The notes under the pieces were generated by a model. That model was not told the origin of the DNA. It worked only from the letters and a program-made list of their open reading frames with translations, and made no database searches. The translations under genes and the position numbers were made by a program. A stretch of 64,000 bases of DNA, taken from contig JAYTVC010000049.1 in the NCBI GenBank assembly GCA_043744215.1, forward strand, positions 1,051 to 65,050. The letters are read 5' to 3'. Source of the DNA: Pseudomonadota bacterium (lineage in GTDB: Bacteria; Pseudomonadota; Gammaproteobacteria; Burkholderiales; JBEEJL01). Positions 61,684 through 64,000 of the stretch are shown in pieces; position 1 is the stretch's first letter, and every line of letters starts with the position of its first letter.

Positions 61684-62622
61684 ATGACCGAAATCATTCT
61701 CCACCATTACCCGATGTCGCCCTTTGCGGAAAAAATCCGCCTCATCATGGGCTACAAAAAACTCCAATGGAGCAGCGTGATCATTCCTGCCATCATGCCC
61801 AAGCCCGATGTGATCGCGCTCACCGGCGGCTATCGGCGCACGCCCATTTTACAAATCGGCGCAGATATTTATTGCGACACGACACTTATCGCGCGCGTGC
61901 TGGAAGAAATCAAGCATGTGCCCACGCTGTATCCGGCGCGTAGCAATGCGGCGGCGAATGCGGCGGCGGCTTGGGCTGACCAGCATTTGTTTGTGGCGTC
62001 TGTTGCTGTCGCCATGCAGCCTGCAGGTTTCATGGCCATGTTCAAAAGCATGAGCGAAGCGCAATTGAATGCGTTCAAGGAAGACCGCGCTGCTTTTCGA
62101 AAAGGCCCGGTGACGCGCCCGACATTATCGGAAGCGCGTGCGACGGTGACAACTACCTTGCAACAATTGGAAAGCCAATTTGCTGCGGGAGAAAAATATA
62201 TTGTGGGCGACGTGCCCAGCATTGCTGATTTTTCTTTTTATCATTGCCTGTGGTTTATTTTGCGTGCGGGGCCGATTGCCGATATTTTCGATCACTATCC
62301 GCGAGTGCATGATTGGCTCGCTCGCATGAACGCATTCGGCCATGGCGAAGCGGAAGACATGTCCAGCGCCGATGCGGTGAATCACGCGCGCAGTTCCACC
62401 CACATGGGCGATTTTGTCGGTACGCCCGATTTGCCCGATGGCGTCGCGTTTGGCGACAAGGTAAGCGTTTCGCCGTCTGACTACGGCATTGATCCGACGG
62501 TTGGCGAACTCGTGCTGGCCCGGCCGGATGAAATCGCCATTCGTCGTGTGGATGTCCGTGCAGGCGAAGTCATCGTGCATTTTCCCCGTGCCGGTTATCA
62601 GGTGAAACGCGCCGATGCCTGA
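61684..62622 (+). CDS. Glutathione S-transferase-family protein (long form)
   Basis: It has a thioredoxin-like N-terminal domain (HHYPMSPFAEKIRL...RRTPILQIG) and a GST C-terminal-like helical domain, plus an extra C-terminal segment of about 90 aa. Confidence 0.7.
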   Translation: MTEIILHHYPMSPFAEKIRLIMGYKKLQWSSVIIPAIMPKPDVIALTGGYRRTPILQIGADIYCDTTLIARVLEEIKHVPTLYPARSNAAANAAAAWADQHLFVASVAVAMQPAGFMAMFKSMSEAQLNAFKEDRAAFRKGPVTRPTLSEARATVTTTLQQLESQFAAGEKYIVGDVPSIADFSFYHCLWFILRAGPIADIFDHYPRVHDWLARMNAFGHGEAEDMSSADAVNHARSSTHMGDFVGTPDLPDGVAFGDKVSVSPSDYGIDPTVGELVLARPDEIAIRRVDVRAGEVIVHFPRAGYQVKRADA

Positions 62623-63529
62623 TATTGAATCGTCTTCGTCCACCAAAATGTATCAAGCGCACAAACTGGGCCGTTCCGAATTCATCACCATTCGCGGTTT
62701 GCGTTATCACATTCACTTGTGGGGCGATGACGCGAAACCGAAACTATTTTTATTTCACGGCTGGATGGATGTGGGCGCGTCATTTCAGTTTCTTGTCGAC
62801 GCATTTAAAAAAGAATGGCATGTCATCGCCCCCGACTGGCGCGGCTTCGGTCTTTCCGAATGGCCGCAGGATGGCTATTACTTTCCCGATTATATTGGCG
62901 ACATGGATGCCATCATCGACCATTACTCGCCCGATGAACCGATTAATCTTGTCGGCCACAGCATGGGCGGTAACGCGGCGGGTTTGTATGCCGGCGCACG
63001 GCCGCAGCGGGTGCAAAAATTTATTTCCCTCGAAGGTTTCGGCATGCCGCGCATCCGCGCTGAAAAAGCGCCGGAGCGATACGCAAAATGGCTGGATGAG
63101 TTGCGCGAGACGCCGGGCTTCAAACCCTACACAAATTTTGCCGACGTCGCCGCCCGCTTGCAAAAAACCAATCCGAAATTGCCTGACGACAAAGCCGCCT
63201 ATCTGGCGCAACACTGGGCGAAGAAAATGCCCAATGGCGATGTCGTACTCAACAGCGATCCGCGCCACAAAAACGTCAGCCCGGTGATTTCGCGTTTCGA
63301 AGAAACTTTTGCCTGCTGGAATGCGATAAGCGCACCCGTGCTGTGGGTGATCGCCAGCGACACCGACATCATCAGCAAATGGTTGAAAGAAGATGAGGCG
63401 ATGTTTGCGTTACGGAAAAAGGAAATCAAAAACTATTCTGAAGCGCTGATACACAACGCAGGCCATATGCTTCACCACGACCAGCCGGAAAAGCTGGCTG
63501 AAGTCATCGAACAATTTCTGGGTAAATAG
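62615..63529 (+). CDS. Alpha/beta-fold hydrolase
   Basis: It has HGWMD, GHSMGG (GxSxG) and a C-terminal GHMLH. The start is either ATG 62615 (8-nt overlap upstream) or ATG 62648. Confidence 0.8.
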   Translation: MPDIESSSSTKMYQAHKLGRSEFITIRGLRYHIHLWGDDAKPKLFLFHGWMDVGASFQFLVDAFKKEWHVIAPDWRGFGLSEWPQDGYYFPDYIGDMDAIIDHYSPDEPINLVGHSMGGNAAGLYAGARPQRVQKFISLEGFGMPRIRAEKAPERYAKWLDELRETPGFKPYTNFADVAARLQKTNPKLPDDKAAYLAQHWAKKMPNGDVVLNSDPRHKNVSPVISRFEETFACWNAISAPVLWVIASDTDIISKWLKEDEAMFALRKKEIKNYSEALIHNAGHMLHHDQPEKLAEVIEQFLGK

Positions 63530-63539
63530 GAATACAAAA

Positions 63540-64000
63540 ATGAAAGACCTTAAAGGTAAAGTCGCGGTCATTACCGGCGGGGCGAGCGGCCTTGGTCGCG
63601 CGATGGCGAATGTCTGCGTACGCGAAGGGATTAAGATTGTGATCGCCGATATTGAAGACCGCACCCTGCAAGCGGCTGCTTCGGAATTGCAGGGCATGGG
63701 CGCGGAAGTGTTGCCGGTGAAGGTTGATGTGTCGAAGTCAAAAGATGTAGAGCGTCTGGCTGACAAAGCCTACGAAACTTTTGGCGGCGTGCACTTATTG
63801 TTCAACAATGCCGGCGTCGCCGGCGGCAAGCGCGCGTGGGAAGCGACCGAGGCCGACTGGCAATGGGAGCTGGGTGTCAATTTGTGGGGCGTGATTCACG
63901 GCATTCGCGTTTTTGTGCCGCGCATGCTGGCAAGCGGCGAAGAAGGCTATGTCATCAACACAGCATCGGTCGCAGGTTTACTCACACCGACCCTGTCGGC
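63540..64000 (+). CDS. SDR (partial, runs off the window)
   Basis: I translated this myself from ATG 63540: MKDLKGKVAVITGGASGLGRA...NNAGV. It is open to the end of the window and so is absent from the ORF track. Confidence 0.8.
   Translation, partial: MKDLKGKVAVITGGASGLGRAMANVCVREGIKIVIADIEDRTLQAAASELQGMGAEVLPVKVDVSKSKDVERLADKAYETFGGVHLLFNNAGVAGGKRAWEATEADWQWELGVNLWGVIHGIRVFVPRMLASGEEGYVINTASVAGLLTPTLS

Noticed and set aside
1-64000. tRNA, rRNA, tmRNA or riboswitch genes in the larger non-coding gaps (for example 44217-44495, 47522-47802 and 56269-56469).
   Set aside because: Reading these gaps, I saw no cloverleaf-compatible stems or conserved T-loop (GTTCRANYC) or anticodon-arm patterns. 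The gaps are largely explained by REP elements and promoters. I could not run tRNAscan-SE or Infernal, which would be the decisive check.

Overview
This 64-kb chromosomal window comes from a repeat-rich, moderately GC-rich proteobacterium; the taxon cannot be fixed from sequence alone. I recognised no rRNA, tRNA, CRISPR array, transposase or integrase, and only one putative DNA-binding protein, a small RHH protein. The window has three blocks. (1) 1-12.9 kb holds a Tad/Flp (type IVc) pilus locus of non-canonical make-up. It has two Flp pilins, TadG-like and TadE/F-like pseudopilins, CpaB, the CpaC secretin, an FHA-fused CpaF/TadA ATPase, TadB, TadC and an embedded DUF192 gene. There is no TadZ/CpaE at the canonical position, and no prepilin peptidase or TadD in the window. 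(2) 13-28 kb starts with small detoxification-type genes: a Tas-like aldo/keto reductase, a GNAT, a hydrolase and a KTSC protein. These are followed by a compact 12.4-kb orphan cluster (15.6-28.0 kb) in three tightly coupled operons. The cluster encodes two Rieske oxygenases, two soluble diiron (ExxH) oxygenases, a His-box fatty-acid-hydroxylase/sterol-desaturase-family protein, an amidohydrolase fused to an Mpo1-like (DUF962) domain, and a PAP2-like protein. It also encodes a GNAT-like protein, an SDR, a GH3-family amido synthetase, a membrane LbH acyltransferase-like protein, an exported SnoaL-like protein and one 2Fe-2S ferredoxin. It has no PKS/NRPS/terpene core, regulator or transporter. 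I consider this the best candidate for an undescribed lipid or small-molecule tailoring or remodelling system. (3) 28.7-64 kb is a long run of acyl-CoA and fatty-acid metabolism genes (ACADs, crotonases, MaoC, thiolase, CoA transferases, acyl-CoA ligase, thioesterases, SDRs, amidase, GSTs, hydrolases, a 3-hydroxybutyrate-oligomer hydrolase and a GMC oxidoreductase pair). This block also contains several unusual non-coding structures. There are at least five families of palindromic REP/MITE-like repeats and a 27-bp AT-rich motif with an IHF-consensus-like core in at least 11 intergenic copies. There is also a roughly 960-bp cassette bounded by 62-bp near-perfect inverted repeats that carries one orphan secreted-protein gene and a G10 tract. 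A 12-copy heptanucleotide tandem repeat and a solitary NERD-zinc-ribbon gene complete the list. All calls rest on reading the translated ORFs and the DNA by eye; no searches were run.
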